From NCBI RefSeq assembly GCF_009914755.1, contig NC_060927.1: 64,000 bases of DNA; one strand, written 5' to 3'. This stretch comes from the human T2T-CHM13v2.0 reference genome, Homo sapiens. The position numbers were made by a program, and so were the translations under genes. Of this stretch, positions 1 to 20,510 are shown piece by piece. How positions within the stretch are numbered: the stretch's first letter is position 1; each line of letters starts with the position of its first letter. The notes under the pieces are model-generated. The model saw nothing but the letters and a program-made list of their open reading frames with translations, did no database searches and was not told the DNA's origin.

Positions 1-37
1 TTCTGCCACATCACCTTCTACTTCTTCCAAAGCTGCC
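1..37 (-). CDS. ACAP2: ACAP2 coding exon 2, 5' part (truncated by the window edge)
   Basis: Minus strand reads ...tttaatttttctag|G GCA GCT TTG GAA GAA GTA GAA GGT GAT GTG GCA GAA = (R)AALEEVEGDVAE. It joins in frame to exon 1 (AG+G = Arg) and matches the ACAP2 N-terminus. Acceptor AG is at 39-38. Confidence 0.97.
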
Positions 38-950
38 CTAGAAAAATTAAATATAAAATAAGTTATTTCGTTTGTTTAAATGTACACTTTACTCTTGAAA
101 AGTAACTCTAAATGAAAAGATAGATATGAATGCTTAAAAATTACACTTCACATGAAGTAATAATTACCTTGGAATTTAGTATCAATACTTCATAATCATG
201 CAATACAACAGGTAATACAATTACTGTTTAGGACAATGACAGAACACATTACGCTAATTTATACTCAAAGCATTAGTATCATTCCAATTAATAACACAAA
301 ATACAGCTATTTAGCACGTACTTTTTAAATAAGTGAGAAATTTTAAAAGTTGAGGTGTACAAAGAATTGGATTTCTTGATAACAAAACACATGCAACCAA
401 ACTGCAAGGCGTTGTTGGCAACCAAGAAGAGCTTTTACTTTCAGAAATAGCTCAGAACAATACCACCCTTGTTTTGTTTCCAAAGTATTTTTTAATCAGT
501 ACCTAAGACTAATTTTCATCTCTCTTCTTCTCCTAGCAATATAATTTTAATACAGAAAAATTAGCAAAGGTTAGATTATGTAAAATGCAGAACTAAATAA
601 GCCAAATATTGTCTTATTGACAAAAGAGAATACAATTATAATAACAGTTAGCACTTCATACCACACTACAAGGCAACATTTCAAAATTGGAAATTTGTCT
701 GAAACAAAATAGCAGCAACTAAGTTTTGGGGATGAAAACATTTTACACTCAAGAGTATGTATAACAAAATGTAATTCATCTACTTTAAGTCATTTATGCC
801 ATTTTCATATATCTACTTGATAAACTAGCAATTCTCAAGTAGGTATTTTAAGATTTAACTAAATTTTTAAGTTGGATAGTAATGGGGGATTTACACTGAG
901 TAAGATATTCTCAGGAGACAGAGCTAGGATGAAAACTATTTCCAGAACAA

Positions 951-1210
951 GCATGGTGGCTCACACCTGTAATCCCAGCACTTTGGGAGGCTGAGGGGAA
1001 GGACTGCTTGGACCCAAGAGTTCGAGAGCAGCCTAGGAAACACAGGAAGACCCTGTCTCTACAAAAAATAAAAAGATGAGCCAGGCGTGGTGGCTCACGC
1101 CTGTAGTCCCAGCTACTCAGGAGGCTGAGGTGGAAGGATCACTTGGGCCTAGGAGGTTGACGCTTCAGTGCACTCCAGCCTAGGTGCCACTGTCTCAAAA
1201 TAAAACAAAA
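951..1210 (+). mobile_element. AluJ
   Basis: Alu dimer with TSD ctatttccagaac. Confidence 0.9.
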
Positions 1211-1589
1211 AACTCTATTTCCAGAACTCCCACTTCACCTCTGTGTGACCTCTGAATAATCATCTTATTGACTTGTGATTCTGCTTCTCCACTGGGTAAC
1301 ATTTATTTTTAAGAAGTGTTTAAATCTCTAAAATAAGAAAATAACTTTGAATTATTCAGTAAAGAAATGCCTATGATAAAATGAGATGCTCTAGCATATG
1401 ACTGGAGAAAATGGAAGGTGCTGCACTCTGTAGCACAGAAACAGAAATACTTCTTCCTGACTAAAAGTTTCTCATTTGCTTCAGCAACGTTTTTCAAACT
1501 ATGCATTGTCCCCTTAACCTAGAAAACATTTTTCATTCACATCAGTCCTCAGTCCCTTCACCTACTCATCATTTAAACTTAATTTACAC

Positions 1590-1830
1590 ACGAGAACAAA
1601 TGTATGTGTATGAGGATATTCAGTGTAACGCGTTAGAAACCTAGATGTGCAGCAATAGGAAATAATGTAAATAAATTACCATATATCCATACCATTATGT
1701 GAGGCAGAAGATTTTAAATGAGGTTGATCTGTATCTACTGATATGGAAATCTGCACAGGATAGAGTATTATATTGGGGGGGGGGGGAAGCAAGCTACAAA
1801 ATTATATGCATAGCATGAGCTCAATTTGGG
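1590..1830 (+). mobile_element. Old L1M 3' fragment containing a G12 run (1775-1786)
   Basis: L1M 3'UTR-like motifs. Confidence 0.55.
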
Positions 1831-2427
1831 AGCATATTTATCAGTCTACGAACTACAACTCTGAAGAATGGGGATTTGATAGCAGAAAGTATAAATAAGG
1901 ATTTGCGCTTTTTACTAAATTCTAGATTGTTTAACTATTTTCAGCAACTATGCATTTCTAAGCAACGTTTAAAGCTAATAAAGGGGAAAAAGAAGTCCAA
2001 ACACCATCTCCCCAAGACATGGTCCTCCTGGAACCCCTCAACCACTCAAGCTGAATGGCGTACCCTCCCGTGCCCCTCCAGCACCTCACACACATTCTAT
2101 CACTGTGCACCTCGCTCACTAGTCTCAGTTCCCCATAGCAGTACAGACACGCAAACAAAATGTTTGTTGAGCCAAGGGAGAAACTCACTAAGTACGCTAA
2201 TTGTCAGATACCCTCTTCATTTACATTTTAACCTTTATTTATCTTTACTCAGTCTTCCATTTCTTTCAAGCAAATTAGTTGAAATGACCAGTTTGAGATT
2301 TAATCGTTGGTTTCTACTAAACAAATGGGTTGGGATAAACTTTTTGTAACTTCTCCAATCTTATTTCACTGTGCAATTCTACTAATTCACTTTTGTAAAA
2401 CAACATGTTTAAAGAAAGGTAAGCAGC

Positions 2428-2826
2428 AAGGCACAGTGGCTCACGCCTGTAATCCCAGCACTTCGGGAAGCCGAGCTGGGCAGATCACTTGAGGCCAGGA
2501 GTTCTAGACCAGCCTGGCCAACAGAGCAAAAGCCAGTCTCTACTAAAAATACAAAAAGTAGCGTCAGGCCAGGAGTTTGAGACCAGCTTGGACAACAAAG
2601 CAAGACTCAGTCTCTCAAAAAATTCCAAATAAAAAATGTTAGCTAGGCACATAGTGTGTGGCTGTAATCCCAGCTACTGTGGATTCTGAGGCAGGAGGAC
2701 TGCTTGAGCCCGGAGGATTGCTTTATTTAACCCAGGAGTTTCAAGTTACAGTGAGCTATGACTGCACCACTGCGCTCCTGCCTGGGCCACAGGGCAAGAC
2801 TCCATCTCTTTTTTTTTTTTTTTTTT
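2428..2826 (+). mobile_element. Compound Alu (left monomer plus truncated AluJ) ending in T18
   Basis: Two left-arm segments, then a right arm, then poly-T. Confidence 0.85.
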
Positions 2827-3285
2827 AAAGTAGGGGGTGGTAAAGACTAAATGAGGACTGTTCATATCATCAATCACAGTACATGACACAAAGAACAAAA
2901 TCAATTCGCAGATGAATAGATGACTTCTATTCATTGAGATAGAACCATTCTGGGACATATGTTTAAAAAACTAATAAGTGAAATAAAAGAATTTACCCAA
3001 CAATCTTTCAAAATATTAAATGATAGATATTAATTCTCTGCAATCCTCCCCAATTTTTACGAAGCACATAACTTTTATAAAAATGCAAGGCAATAAAGAG
3101 GCCAAAATTATAGACCCCTACCCTCCATAGCTTAAAATTTAATTTAAAAAAATCAAGTTATATACACATTAATAATGAAATAAAATATATGACTGAGCAG
3201 CAAAATGAGCAAAACAGAGAATAAGTAATAAGGGAGATAGATGTTAAGAGAAAGGGAAGAAAAGAGAAGACAATGAGCACAGTCA

Positions 3286-3616
3286 CAAAGGTCAGCAAAC
3301 AATTACCCAACAGGCAAGTTTGACCCATAACCTGTTTTTACAAAGTCTATAAGCTAAAAATAGTTCTTACATTTTTAAGTGGCTGAAAAATATTTTTAAA
3401 AAATAATATTTTGTGACGCATGAAAATTATATTAAACTCAAATTTCTGTTCCTCTAAAGTTTTACGGAAGCAGAGACAAGTTAATTCACTTCCGTAGTCT
3501 CTATGGCAGCTTCCACGCCATGATGGCGTAGTTGAGTAGCTGCAAGAGAGACCATATGGCCCACAAAGCATAAAATATTTACTATCTGGCCCTTTACAGA
3601 AAGTTTACTGACCATT
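3286..3616. mobile_element. MER58B-like hAT-Charlie element
   Basis: TIR-like ends ggtcagcaaac ... gtttactgacc and the typical MER58 interior. Confidence 0.8.
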
Positions 3617-3852
3617 AAGAATGTCAAATATAAGAACATGAATGAAAATCTTTTCTCATATATGAAATACATAAAAGAAAATAAAATTTGGACTTAGCTC
3701 TAGCAGTCTGTACTCTAAGAAGCTGAATAAGCCCAGAATTCAGAAAAACAGATACTTTATTTTTAATAACAATACCTTCATTCTCTTATCTATTCATGCA
3801 TCATAGTTTTTTATTATCAATTGAAAAATAGTTACCTAAAAACATAAAACTA

Positions 3853-4160
<308 letters not shown>

Positions 4161-4396
4161 AAACTAGAAGAGAAAAAAATCCAACAGCAAGTTTACCACC
4201 AAGACATGGCTATGAAATGAATGAGGCTCAAAAATAGAACTCTCTCCACTCAGATAACTGCATATTCTTGTAGCAATAAACTTTCTAAGCTACTGTTTGT
4301 AAAAAGAGTATACATTAAAATAACTAAATACATTAAATGTGTAACATGAGCATTACATTTTCCTTATAAAATTATTTTAAAGAAAAAAGAAGTATG

Positions 4397-4718
<322 letters not shown>

Positions 4719-6116
4719 CTAAATAATTATTTTTCCCATCCATTTAAAATCCTTAAAAACTAACAACCACCACCAAAAAAAAAAAACCCTTCATTCCAAC
4801 TTGGCAATAGCCTTAAAATGAAATTAATAATTTAAAAAAAATTAGGTCACATGGTGATGCAATCTAAATTGCCAATAGCAGGATATTCAAGATCATTAAT
4901 AGGCACATAAATATCCTCAAACATTAAAGGTGGATTTCAGGCTCTAAGTCATAACTACCTAATAAAGAAATCATCAAATAGAAATAAATATTCAAAATGT
5001 GCAGATTTTGAAACTGTTGTATTCTTTTGTTTTATATAATACATGTATTTCTAAAAGCTGCATGTAAATTGAATAACCGTTTAGAGACTCAGGAGAGGTG
5101 CCTATATGTATGTGTCCATCATAGTACCTATCACCCTAAGTCAACTTCCTCTTTCAGCTCAACAGCCTTATGTACCTTGGGCAATGCTGGACTATTCTTT
5201 GCAAGGAAAGGACAACAGCTGCATCAAGGATGGCCCACTGACCCAAGGGCAGTCCTGGGATTTGTTAAGTGGTTAAAAAAGAGTGACGAAAAGGTCCTAT
5301 ACCAATGAGATTACTCCCTCTGTTTTCGACCAGAAAACAACACAGCACACACTCTAGAAACCTGCTTTTTAATAGAAGTGCTCCATTAAATACTTTTATA
5401 ATGTGAATGGCCACCCCTTATTAGTTTGATTAAGTTCTGGGTCCTCTATGCTGGGTCTCTACAATATCTCTATGTTGAGAGGCAGTAGAATAAAGTTCAA
5501 AAAAAAAAAAGAAAACTTCTTGTGTTTGAATCGCTACTATACTTCTTATTAGCTGTGTAATGATGAACAAGTTGTGTTTCGGTTTCTTCTCTAAAACATA
5601 GATAAACAACACTCTCTCCCACAGAGACGTATGACAAATGTTAATATACATGTGAAAACACTAAGTAGTCAGTGAATGTCAGCTATGATTATTTACATAG
5701 TGTTAAAGAAAATGCACAATCTCTTTTTGTTTTCATGTTATGGGGCCACCTGAGAAGAAAGCAGTAATAAGATCATCACATACTTCCAAAATGAATTTGA
5801 AATAGTCTGAAAAGGGGCAAAAACAGTTAAAACAGGCCTAAGATCAGCAATTAAAACAGCAAATCTAATTTCCTTTAAGAGAAAACACTTCTAGGCGTGC
5901 AAAAGGCTTACTGGAAGAGAGACAAAAACACAATACTGCTGTCCCTTTCCAAAGATCACACGTCAAATACAGACTGGAGTCCTCTCCTAACTTCCTAACT
6001 TCAATCTAGACTAGAGGACTACATATATATGACATATAAAATGATGAAATATTTAAAAATCCACTTGGTTTCTAAGGTTATCAAGGAAGGTTCTATCCAA
6101 CTCCTCTAAGAGCCTA

Positions 6117-6618
<502 letters not shown>

Positions 6619-6920
6619 TCAAAGGTCTTTCTTCTCTATTTATTATCTTACAAATGTTGTAACTGCTCCTACGTGCTCAAATTGATCTACTAAGCAAACC
6701 TAGCTAGATCCATGAGAAATTCAGTCCTGTAATAGGAAAGGGAGTAGTGGAAAAACAAACTAGAAATGGAAACCAATATTTTAGTCTGTCAACTCATACG
6801 AGCCCCTGAGAAAATCATTTAATCACACCAGACCTCAGCTCTCTCACTCTGAAACAGCTTGACTATCACTTCAAGACCTAACATTCCATTATTTGGGATT
6901 AAGCATTCAAAGGAAAGCTA

Positions 6921-6975
6921 TTGGGTTGGGGCAAAAGTAATTGCGGTTTTTGCCATTACTTTTGCACCAATCTAA
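6921..6975. mobile_element. MADE1 (Hsmar1-derived MITE), internally deleted
   Basis: TTGGGTTGGGGCAAAAGTAATTGCGGTTTTTGCCATTACTTTTGCACCAATCTAA, flanked by TA on both sides. Confidence 0.9.
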
Positions 6976-7229
6976 TAGAACCTGGATTTGTTTCTCTTCT
7001 AAGTAAGATTTCCTCCAGGCCCTTGCTTTTGCTTTCAAAAGAGTTAAGGGAGGAAAAAAATGTTTAAGCCATAAAAAAAACCTCACCAGATTTTATATTA
7101 ACAAGTTTCATTCATCTTCTCAAAAGTCTCCTCTGCATAGTTCTTAAAAGACAAGGAGTATGAATATAGATGAAAATAGTGGGATTTTAAAAGTGTTTTG
7201 TTTGGCTTAATATTTTGGAGGAAAACAGA

Positions 7230-7377
7230 TTTATTTTATTTTTTGTAGAGACAAGATCTCATTATGCTGACCAGTCTTGTTGACCAGTCTGGTCTCGAAC
7301 TCCTGGCCTGAAGCAATCCTCCCATCCCAGCCTCCCAAAGTACTAGGATTACAGGCGTGAGCCATAACACTTGGCCA
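7230..7377 (-). mobile_element. Alu left monomer (FLAM-like)
   Basis: Antisense left-arm sequence. Confidence 0.85.
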
Positions 7378-7788
7378 GAAAAAAAATTTTGTTTTCCATC
7401 TACGTTTGTATCTTTCTAAGCAAGCCCCATTATATTTCTGTTTTACAGATTGTAAACATTACTCTGCCACTTCCCAGTGGGGAAAAAAAAAACTTTTTTT
7501 AAAAAAAGTAGCGAAAAAAAAAATCTATAACCCTTTTCCCCTCAAATTTTCCCCCATCAATACACAGTATCCAAAATAAAAACCATCAGGGGCCATGGAG
7601 GAGTATAATTGAAAAAGCAACCAAATCACAGCACAAGGTTGAGATGCAAATAGTATGGCTCTGGTGAATGAATATCACACTCTTAAGTCATAACTCAGAT
7701 ATCAACAACCCCTTTAAATCCCAGCTCATGATTTAAAAAATAAAAAAATTTAAAAAAAGGAAGAACTTAAAATATTATCCAGATAATA

Positions 7789-8136
<348 letters not shown>

Positions 8137-8806
8137 TCCAGATAATCATCCTACATGGAGAATTTGAGGTGGGAGGAGAGGTCTATAGAATCTTCTGTTC
8201 CTGGGCCTTCAGCTTCTCATATTAACAGGTATATGGTTTCAATAGTCACTTCCAAATTTGCTCTGCATAAAGACAGTAGCTATATACAGTCATTTTTAAC
8301 ATGTGTAGTGGCAAATAATCATTATTGACAGAATACTAATCCAAGGAAATACTAGTAATGTTTTAAGTGTGATCAGATATGAAGTTATTCTTTTTCCCTT
8401 AAAAAAAAAAAAAACCTCTTCTTTTTAAAGTTGACTTTCTACAAAATCATTCCATTTCCAAGAATTCTTATCATTGTAGTAGGCTTCAACATGACAGGAA
8501 AATTAAGTTATCACTGCTTAAAGGGTTAGAATCAAATTTTCAACCAAAGCAGTTAAAGTTTGTTGTTATTAGTAGAGTGTCACAGGCAATACATCTAAGG
8601 AGAAGACAGCATTGTAAACTTCATGATTCATAAAAGGGGCAGAGGAGATTTCCATGAAGAAAGAACATTGTGGCTGATAATAATGAAAAGACAACCAAGT
8701 ATCTCAAAGATGGGATATAAGCAGACCCTCAATGAGAGAACAAAGCAAGATGATAAGAATATTTAGGGACAGTTCCAGACAAAACTGTCAAAAATTAGAA
8801 TCAGAG

Positions 8807-8927
8807 GCCAGGCGAGGTGGCTCATGCCTGTAATACTGGCAATAGTTTGGGAGGCCAAAGCAGGAGGACAGCGTGAGCCCAAGAGTTTCAGACCAGTCCC
8901 AGCAGCATAGCAAGACTCCGTCTCTGT
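8807..8927 (+). mobile_element. Alu monomer (FLAM)
   Basis: Single arm with TSD attagaatcaga/attataatcaga. Confidence 0.85.
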
Positions 8928-9275
8928 AATTAACTAATTAATTAACTACATTATAATCAGAAACCTGCCATATTCCTGCTTTTATGGCTGTTCCCCATTA
9001 TCCTTTTCAGGAATTGGAAGTGGTACTGAAGGCACAGAATACCCTGCAAATCACAGCAGGTAGGGAACCAAATACTCAGCCTTGCAGGGTTCTCTCCACG
9101 ACATACCACAGGCTGCTCAACAATCACATCTATAACTTTCCCAGACTCCTCCATAAACAACCAAGCATCTTATTAATACATAATAAAAGTTATTCTGCAT
9201 TACATCTTCCTATGTTTTATAATCTACATGCCACCTTCATGCATGATATCACATGTGTATATTAAGAGAAGACTA

Positions 9276-9565
9276 GGCTGGGCGCAGTGGCTCAGGCCTG
9301 TAATCCCAGCATTTTGGGAGGCCAAGGTGGCTGGATCTCTTGAGGTCAGGAGTTTGAGACCAGTCTGACCAACGCAGTGAAACCCTGTCTGTACTAAAAA
9401 TACAAAAAAATTAGCCAGGCGTGGTGGTGCACGCCTGCAATCCCAGCTACACCGGTTGCTGAGGCAGGAGGATCACTTGAACCCGGGAGGCGGAGGTTGC
9501 AGTGAGTTGAGATTGTGCCACTGCGCTCCAGCTTGGGAGACAGTGAACTCTGTATCCAAAACAAA
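9276..9565 (+). mobile_element. AluS
   Basis: Dimer with TSD agagaagacta. Confidence 0.92.
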
Positions 9566-10749
9566 GAGAGAAGACTACAGAACAGTAACGTGAAATATGA
9601 AGAGAAAAGCATTGAGTACATAAGCAACAACCCCAGAATCACAGAATCTTGAATGGGGAGAAAACTTAGTAAACTGCTAAATGACAGAACTATTAGATGA
9701 CAGTAAAGCAGCTGTGTTTAAAAAACCGTTTTACACAGTATTTCATCTCCATTAAGCCCCAGAAATTTGACAAGATCTGTAAAGAGGAAGCTGAATACAA
9801 ATTTAAGAGCCTAATAAACAGGCTCAGGGTTTTAAAGACAATCTTCACACCATAAACCACCTGGGATGGTAAACTTCGAACACTGAAGCACCTTCTACTC
9901 CTCAGCAGAATGAGCACCCCACCACCACCATTTCCACAGAGCACTCTGCACACTTCAAACAGAGCGCCTGACATTCAATTTACTAATGATAATTAAATTA
10001 TTGGTCATTATGTCTAGACTGAGGGCCTCAAAAGCAGACACTATGATTCATTTAGCTATCTCTAGTTCAGCTAGTTACCAGGTAAACATTTGTTGAATGG
10101 GTGATGAATGGAGCATTTAAAACAACTCTGTTATTTGCGGCCTGGGGTCACGCAAAATGGTGATCTCCCTGTATCTCAGTACACACGTACTTATGTGTAA
10201 CTTTCCAATTCCCTCTTGCTCCAGCCTTGTGATTCCAATCTGCTGTGCCCTCTCCAGCCTTATATAAATGATACTATAAAAGTCTCCAGAAAAAAATAAA
10301 AGAATAAAGAACTACAAACAATTGCATAAACCTTAAAACTAAAGTTATAATGAAAAAAGGAAAAAGTCCTCTTTTGGCATACAAGGTCGCACCTATTTAC
10401 CTATATGTAACCAATATTATACATATAACTTTTTAAGTTGACAGAAAAGGAAAATTTTTATAATACTCTTCTAGAATAATACAGATTTGGACTTCTAAAA
10501 CAGGCCTTGACAGAAATTTGACAGGAGCTAAGGAGGTATTCGCTCTACCACGAGCACAAAATTACATTATCATGATTTCTTCAACACATACAATTTATGA
10601 TCAGACAGGATCCTTGGACACTCAAAGAAAAGAATCAAACAAGTTATACTAATCAGAAGCAGGGAAAAGTTTAAGAGCAGCAACTTAAAATTTGTTTTTT
10701 AAAAAACACCATTCCTAGAAAAATTCTGGCAAATGAAAAAATTTCCCTT

Positions 10750-12200
10750 TTCTTTAACAACAAACGGCAGCAAATGTCTATTGTTTGGAATATAAGAAGA
10801 AAATAAACAATGATCCTTACCATCCTAGAGCTTACATTCTGAAGGGGAAGACAAGCTATAAACAGTAAACATCATCAATAAGTCAATTGGATGGTATGCG
10901 ATAAGGTGGTAAGTACCATGGGAAAAAAGGAAAGTGAAATAAGGGGAGAGAGGGACGGCTACAGTTTTACTATTTAAAATTGATCAAAATAGTCCTCACT
11001 GAGAAAGTGACATTTGACCAAAGACCTGAAGTAACACAGTGAACCATGCAGACAAGGGTGTTAACAGGCAGAAAAAGCCACCAATGCAACATTCCTGGAA
11101 CGTTCAATAGCAAGGAGGCCTGTACGGCCGAAACAGAACCAGAAAGGGAGAGAGCTGCGGAAGAAGTCAGAATACTAATGGAGAGTCCCATCACATTCAG
11201 AACCTTGTAGGCCCATAGCAACGATAACAGCAGCTATACCAGGTAACCACTGAAAGGTCTGCACCAGAGAAGAACCATGCTGTAAAGTATTTTGTCAAGA
11301 CTCATTCTGGCTGCTACGTGGAGAAGACTGCAAAGAAACAAAAGAGGAAGAAGCAAAGAGACTAGTAAGGAGGCTACAGCAGTCATCCAGATGAAAGATG
11401 AAGATGGCTCAAGGTAAGCACCAATCAGTGCTGAGAAATGCTAAGATTCTGGATATATTTTGTATGTAGAACCAAGAGGATTTCTTGATGAATTAGATGT
11501 GATATGCAAGCATATGCATGCGTACACCAGGTACAGGTAAATGTGTAATCAAGTATAATTTCAAAGTTTCAGGCTGGAGCAAAAAGAAAAATAGTTACAA
11601 TCAACGGAGATGGGCAAGACTACAGGCGGAACAGATTTAGGGAAAGAAGATCTAGAGTTCAGTTTTGGATTTGACTCCAAAATATCTACTAGATATACAA
11701 GTGATGACTTCAAATAGGTGGATGCACCTGAGTCTAGAGTTTAGGAGAGAAGTCTGAGTTGGAGGTATAAGTTTAGTAATCAAGAGCACATAGATAGTAT
11801 CGGCAGCCATTAGACTGGACATTATTAAAATAAAAAGTAAAGATAGAGATGACTTAAGCTTTGGGGCATTTTGACATTAAAGGTCAGAAGAACAAAAGGA
11901 ATGAGGAAAAGAATCTGAGAAGCAGCAACTGATGACATAAGAAGAAAACCAGGCCCCGCACGGTGGCTCATTCCTATAATCCCAGCTCTTTGGAAGGCTG
12001 AGGCACAAGAATCACTTGAGCCCAGGAGTTCAAGACCAGCCTAGGCAACATACATACATACACACATAAAATAAGAAGAAAACCAAGAGGGTGTCATAGA
12101 GAAGGGAAGTGAAAAAAGTGTTATCAAGGAAGAAGGAGTAATCAAGTATGTCAAAAGCTGCCGACAGGTCAAACAAGAGGACTAAGAATTAACATCAGGT
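10750..12200 (-). mobile_element. L2 fragment with a FLAM inserted at ~11952-12070
   Basis: L2 motifs (gagcttacattct, gtgacatttgaccaaagacctgaa). The FLAM TSD is ataagaagaaaacca. Confidence 0.8.
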
Positions 12201-12548
12201 TTAAGTCAAATTAAAATGGCTGAAAACAATTTTAGAAATGTTGAAAAACACTTCTGGCCTGATATTTTTGATGAACCAAAAATGTGCTTCTAAGGAAGAG
12301 ATAAAATATTTTTAAATATCCCAGAAATATAAAATTATTGAATTATAGGCAGCACATGAGAATAAAAATGTTCCCAACTAGATACCCTGAAAATGAGTTG
12401 TAACATTCAGGAAGAAAGGTAAGTAACCAGATTCCCTGCCTCCCCTTTCCATTCTCAACCCATTCCGCGAAGCTAAATGTAATTCATTGGATGAAAAAGA
12501 AATCTTCATTTTCTTTCTCAGAAGGCTGAGGCAAAAGTTATATTGCCA

Positions 12549-13002
<454 letters not shown>

Positions 13003-13256
13003 TAAACACAGTCTAACTCCTACAAATACAAGGACTGCTAATCTAGCTCTCACTCTCCATGAGACAAGGTACGGACAGATCGAGATCTGTGCTTTCTTGT
13101 CTTTCTATAAAATTAGGATTGATTGCAATCCAACTCTATGGTTCATTTTGTATGGCTATGGTTACTGTTACCCTTTGCTGATGAACTCTCAAAATTAAAG
13201 GAACACATATACAAGCCCAATCACTTCCAATTAATTTCATCAACTGTTAAGGATGA

Positions 13257-13963
<707 letters not shown>

Positions 13964-15106
13964 GGTGGATTATACATTCTGTCCTACAAATTTAGCAGTC
14001 TTGTCTTTCAGCAATAAACATAAATGGAAAACTGGGTTACCTCTGCTTGAATAATCAATCTAGCTACATTAACCTTAATGCAATCACATCAAGAATCAAG
14101 AGTCAAGAATCTTTATACTTCAAAATTTATTTTCTATCAATAAGTCCTCACCCTCTTATTTAAATATCCTCATAGTCTAAAGGAGATTGTGTAATTTAAG
14201 TGATAGACTGTAAAACTTCAGTCATGTGTACTCAGGCTGGGCATTTATTTATATTCCATAGTTTATCACTAGATATAATCCACTGATTTACCATGGCTAG
14301 GAAAGGACTACAGATACAGTGGATACTCATTAAAACACCTGTTGATTTCTACAGCATCATAGTTGCACATTCCTGGTGGTACCTAATATTACCATCTAAA
14401 TAACAGAAAACTATTCATCCCAAGACACCAGATTGAGAGAACTAAAAATCCCGGCCTCAAGTGATCCTCCCACCCTGACCTCCCAAAGTGTTGAGTTTAC
14501 AGGGGTAAGCCTTCTTTTCTTTCTTCTAAGCTACAGGTTTGATCAAACACTCAGTTCCCCTTTTGTTCCAGATAGTTTGTATTTTGAGTAAATATTTCAT
14601 ATGCCTTTATTCTTGGCCCTAGATTTTACCACTTTACATTGATTGGATTTGAGTAAGTCTGCTGACAGCTTTGACAGTTAGTCATGAACTTACCTTCATA
14701 AAACTCGTAAGTATACACTTCCAAGGAAGTATAAACTAAGACACGCTACAAATTCAAAATATGTTGTGTCTGACAGAATTCAAGGAGAAAGAAATGTAAA
14801 CTACTAAAATTTTTGCAGACAGATAGATTGGCTTAAATGCTTAAATATTATCTGTCCTATAGCTTAAATCTTGTCATGTAACATATTTAAATATGTCTTT
14901 AATGACCCACCTTATAAAAGGATCCTATGAGAGAGAGAGGAAGGAAGGCAGACAGGCAAAAAAAGGACATTTTCACTTCATAAAAATTTAAATATCTGTA
15001 CATGCAATATAAAAAAATGCAGTTAAATAATTCTTATTAGTGAATGGAAATAAAATTTTGAAACTAAACTTATAGAAAGAACATTTTTAGTTTAAAAAAA
15101 AAAAAA

Positions 15107-15600
15107 AGCCACGGGTGGTAGCTCCATGTCTATAATCCCAGCACTTTGGGAAACTGAGGTGGGAGGATTGTTTGAGCCCAAGAGTTTGAGACCAGCCTGG
15201 GCAACACAGCAAGCCTCCATCTTCACAAAAAAAGTTTGAGTTATTTTTTAAATTAAAAAAAGGAAAAAATACATTAAAAATATAGTTATAAATGCTCACA
15301 TTAAAAAACAAGAAAGTCCTGGGCACAGTGGCTCACACCTGTAGTCCCAACACTTTGAGGAGCCAAGGCAAGCAGATCACTTAAGCTCAGAAGTTTGAGA
15401 CAAGCCTGGGCAACATGACAGAACCCAATCTCTACAAAAAATACAAAAATTAGCCGGGCATGGTGGTGCATGCCTATAGCCCCAGCTACCTGGGAGGCTG
15501 GATCACTGGAGCCTGAAGGTAGACATTGCAGTGAGATGAGATGATGCCACTGCACTCCTGCCTGGGCAACAGAGTAAGACTCCGTCTCAAAAGAAAAAAG
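15107..15600 (+). mobile_element. FLAM (15107-15235) and AluJ (15318-15600)
   Basis: Alu arm sequences. Confidence 0.85.
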
Positions 15601-15609
15601 AAAGATAGA

Positions 15610-19440
<3,831 letters not shown>

Positions 19441-19651
19441 GGAAGAAAAAATACATTGAAACAATTTTCACATCAAAAGGCACACATTTTATTTAGCTAT
19501 TTCCTTGGTAATCTACAATATTTTTCCTCTAACTGGCATATTCCTAGTACAGGCCAATTCCAGATGAATAAATTTCTAGATCAAACCACGGAGAGACTTA
19601 CAGATAATTAACAAAATAAAATAAATATGCAGCATTAAAACTCACACTGTA

Positions 19652-20510
19652 AGGCCAGGAGTGGTGGCTCATGCCTGTAATCCCAGCACTTTGGGAGGTC
19701 AAGGCAGGAAGATCTCTTGAAGGCAGGAGTTTGAGACTAGCCTGGACAACAAAGCAAGACCCTGTCTCTATTTAGTAATAAGGAAAAAAAAAAAAAACTC
19801 ACAATGAATGTCAAAAACAAATTGTTTTTAAGCTGGATCTTGATAATGGTAAAGGATTATATCATCACTTACCACACAGACCTGCCAGCAAAATGCTTAA
19901 GAATCTACACTTGGCTAAAAATAAGAATTGGGGGCTGGGTGCAGTGGCTCATGCCTATGATCCCAGCACTTTAGGAAGCCAAGAAAGGAGGATTGCTTGA
20001 AGCCAGGAGTTCCAGTTCAAGACCAGCCTGGGTCACAGAGTGAGACCCTGTCTCAAAAAAAAAAAAAAAAAAAGAATTGGCTTGTTACATGAGTAAATTG
20101 CAAAAAATAAATAAAGAAGAAGAATTGGCTTATACTATACTCTGTTAGGTGGCATAATTTGTTGCTCAGATTATCAAATGTGAGCAGGGTGTGATGGCTC
20201 ACACCTGTAATCCCAGCACTTTCAGAGGCCAAGGTGGGCAGATCTTGAGGTCAGGAGTTCGAGACCAGCCTGGCCAACATGGTGAAACCCCATCTCTACT
20301 ATTAAAAAAAAAAAAGTTAAATAAAATAAAATAAAAATACAAAAATCGGCTGGGCGTGGTGGCAGGTGCCTGTAGTCCCAGCTACTCAGGAGGCTGAGGC
20401 AGGAGAAGCGCTTGAACCCGGGAGGCGGAGGTTGCAATGAGCTGAGATGGCACACTGCACTCCAGCCTGGGTGACAGAGCAAGACTCTACCTCAAAAAAT
20501 AAAATAAAAA
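19652..20510 (+). mobile_element. Two FLAM monomers (19652-19795, 19932-20070) and AluS (20183-20510)
   Basis: Alu arm sequences with A tails. Confidence 0.87.

Noticed and set aside
1775-1786. G12 run as a G-quadruplex
   Set aside because: Too short for a three-tier intramolecular G4; most likely homopolymer slippage in an old L1.
1876-2349. 157-aa ORF
   Set aside because: TTG start, no recognisable homology or splice context, antisense within the intron.
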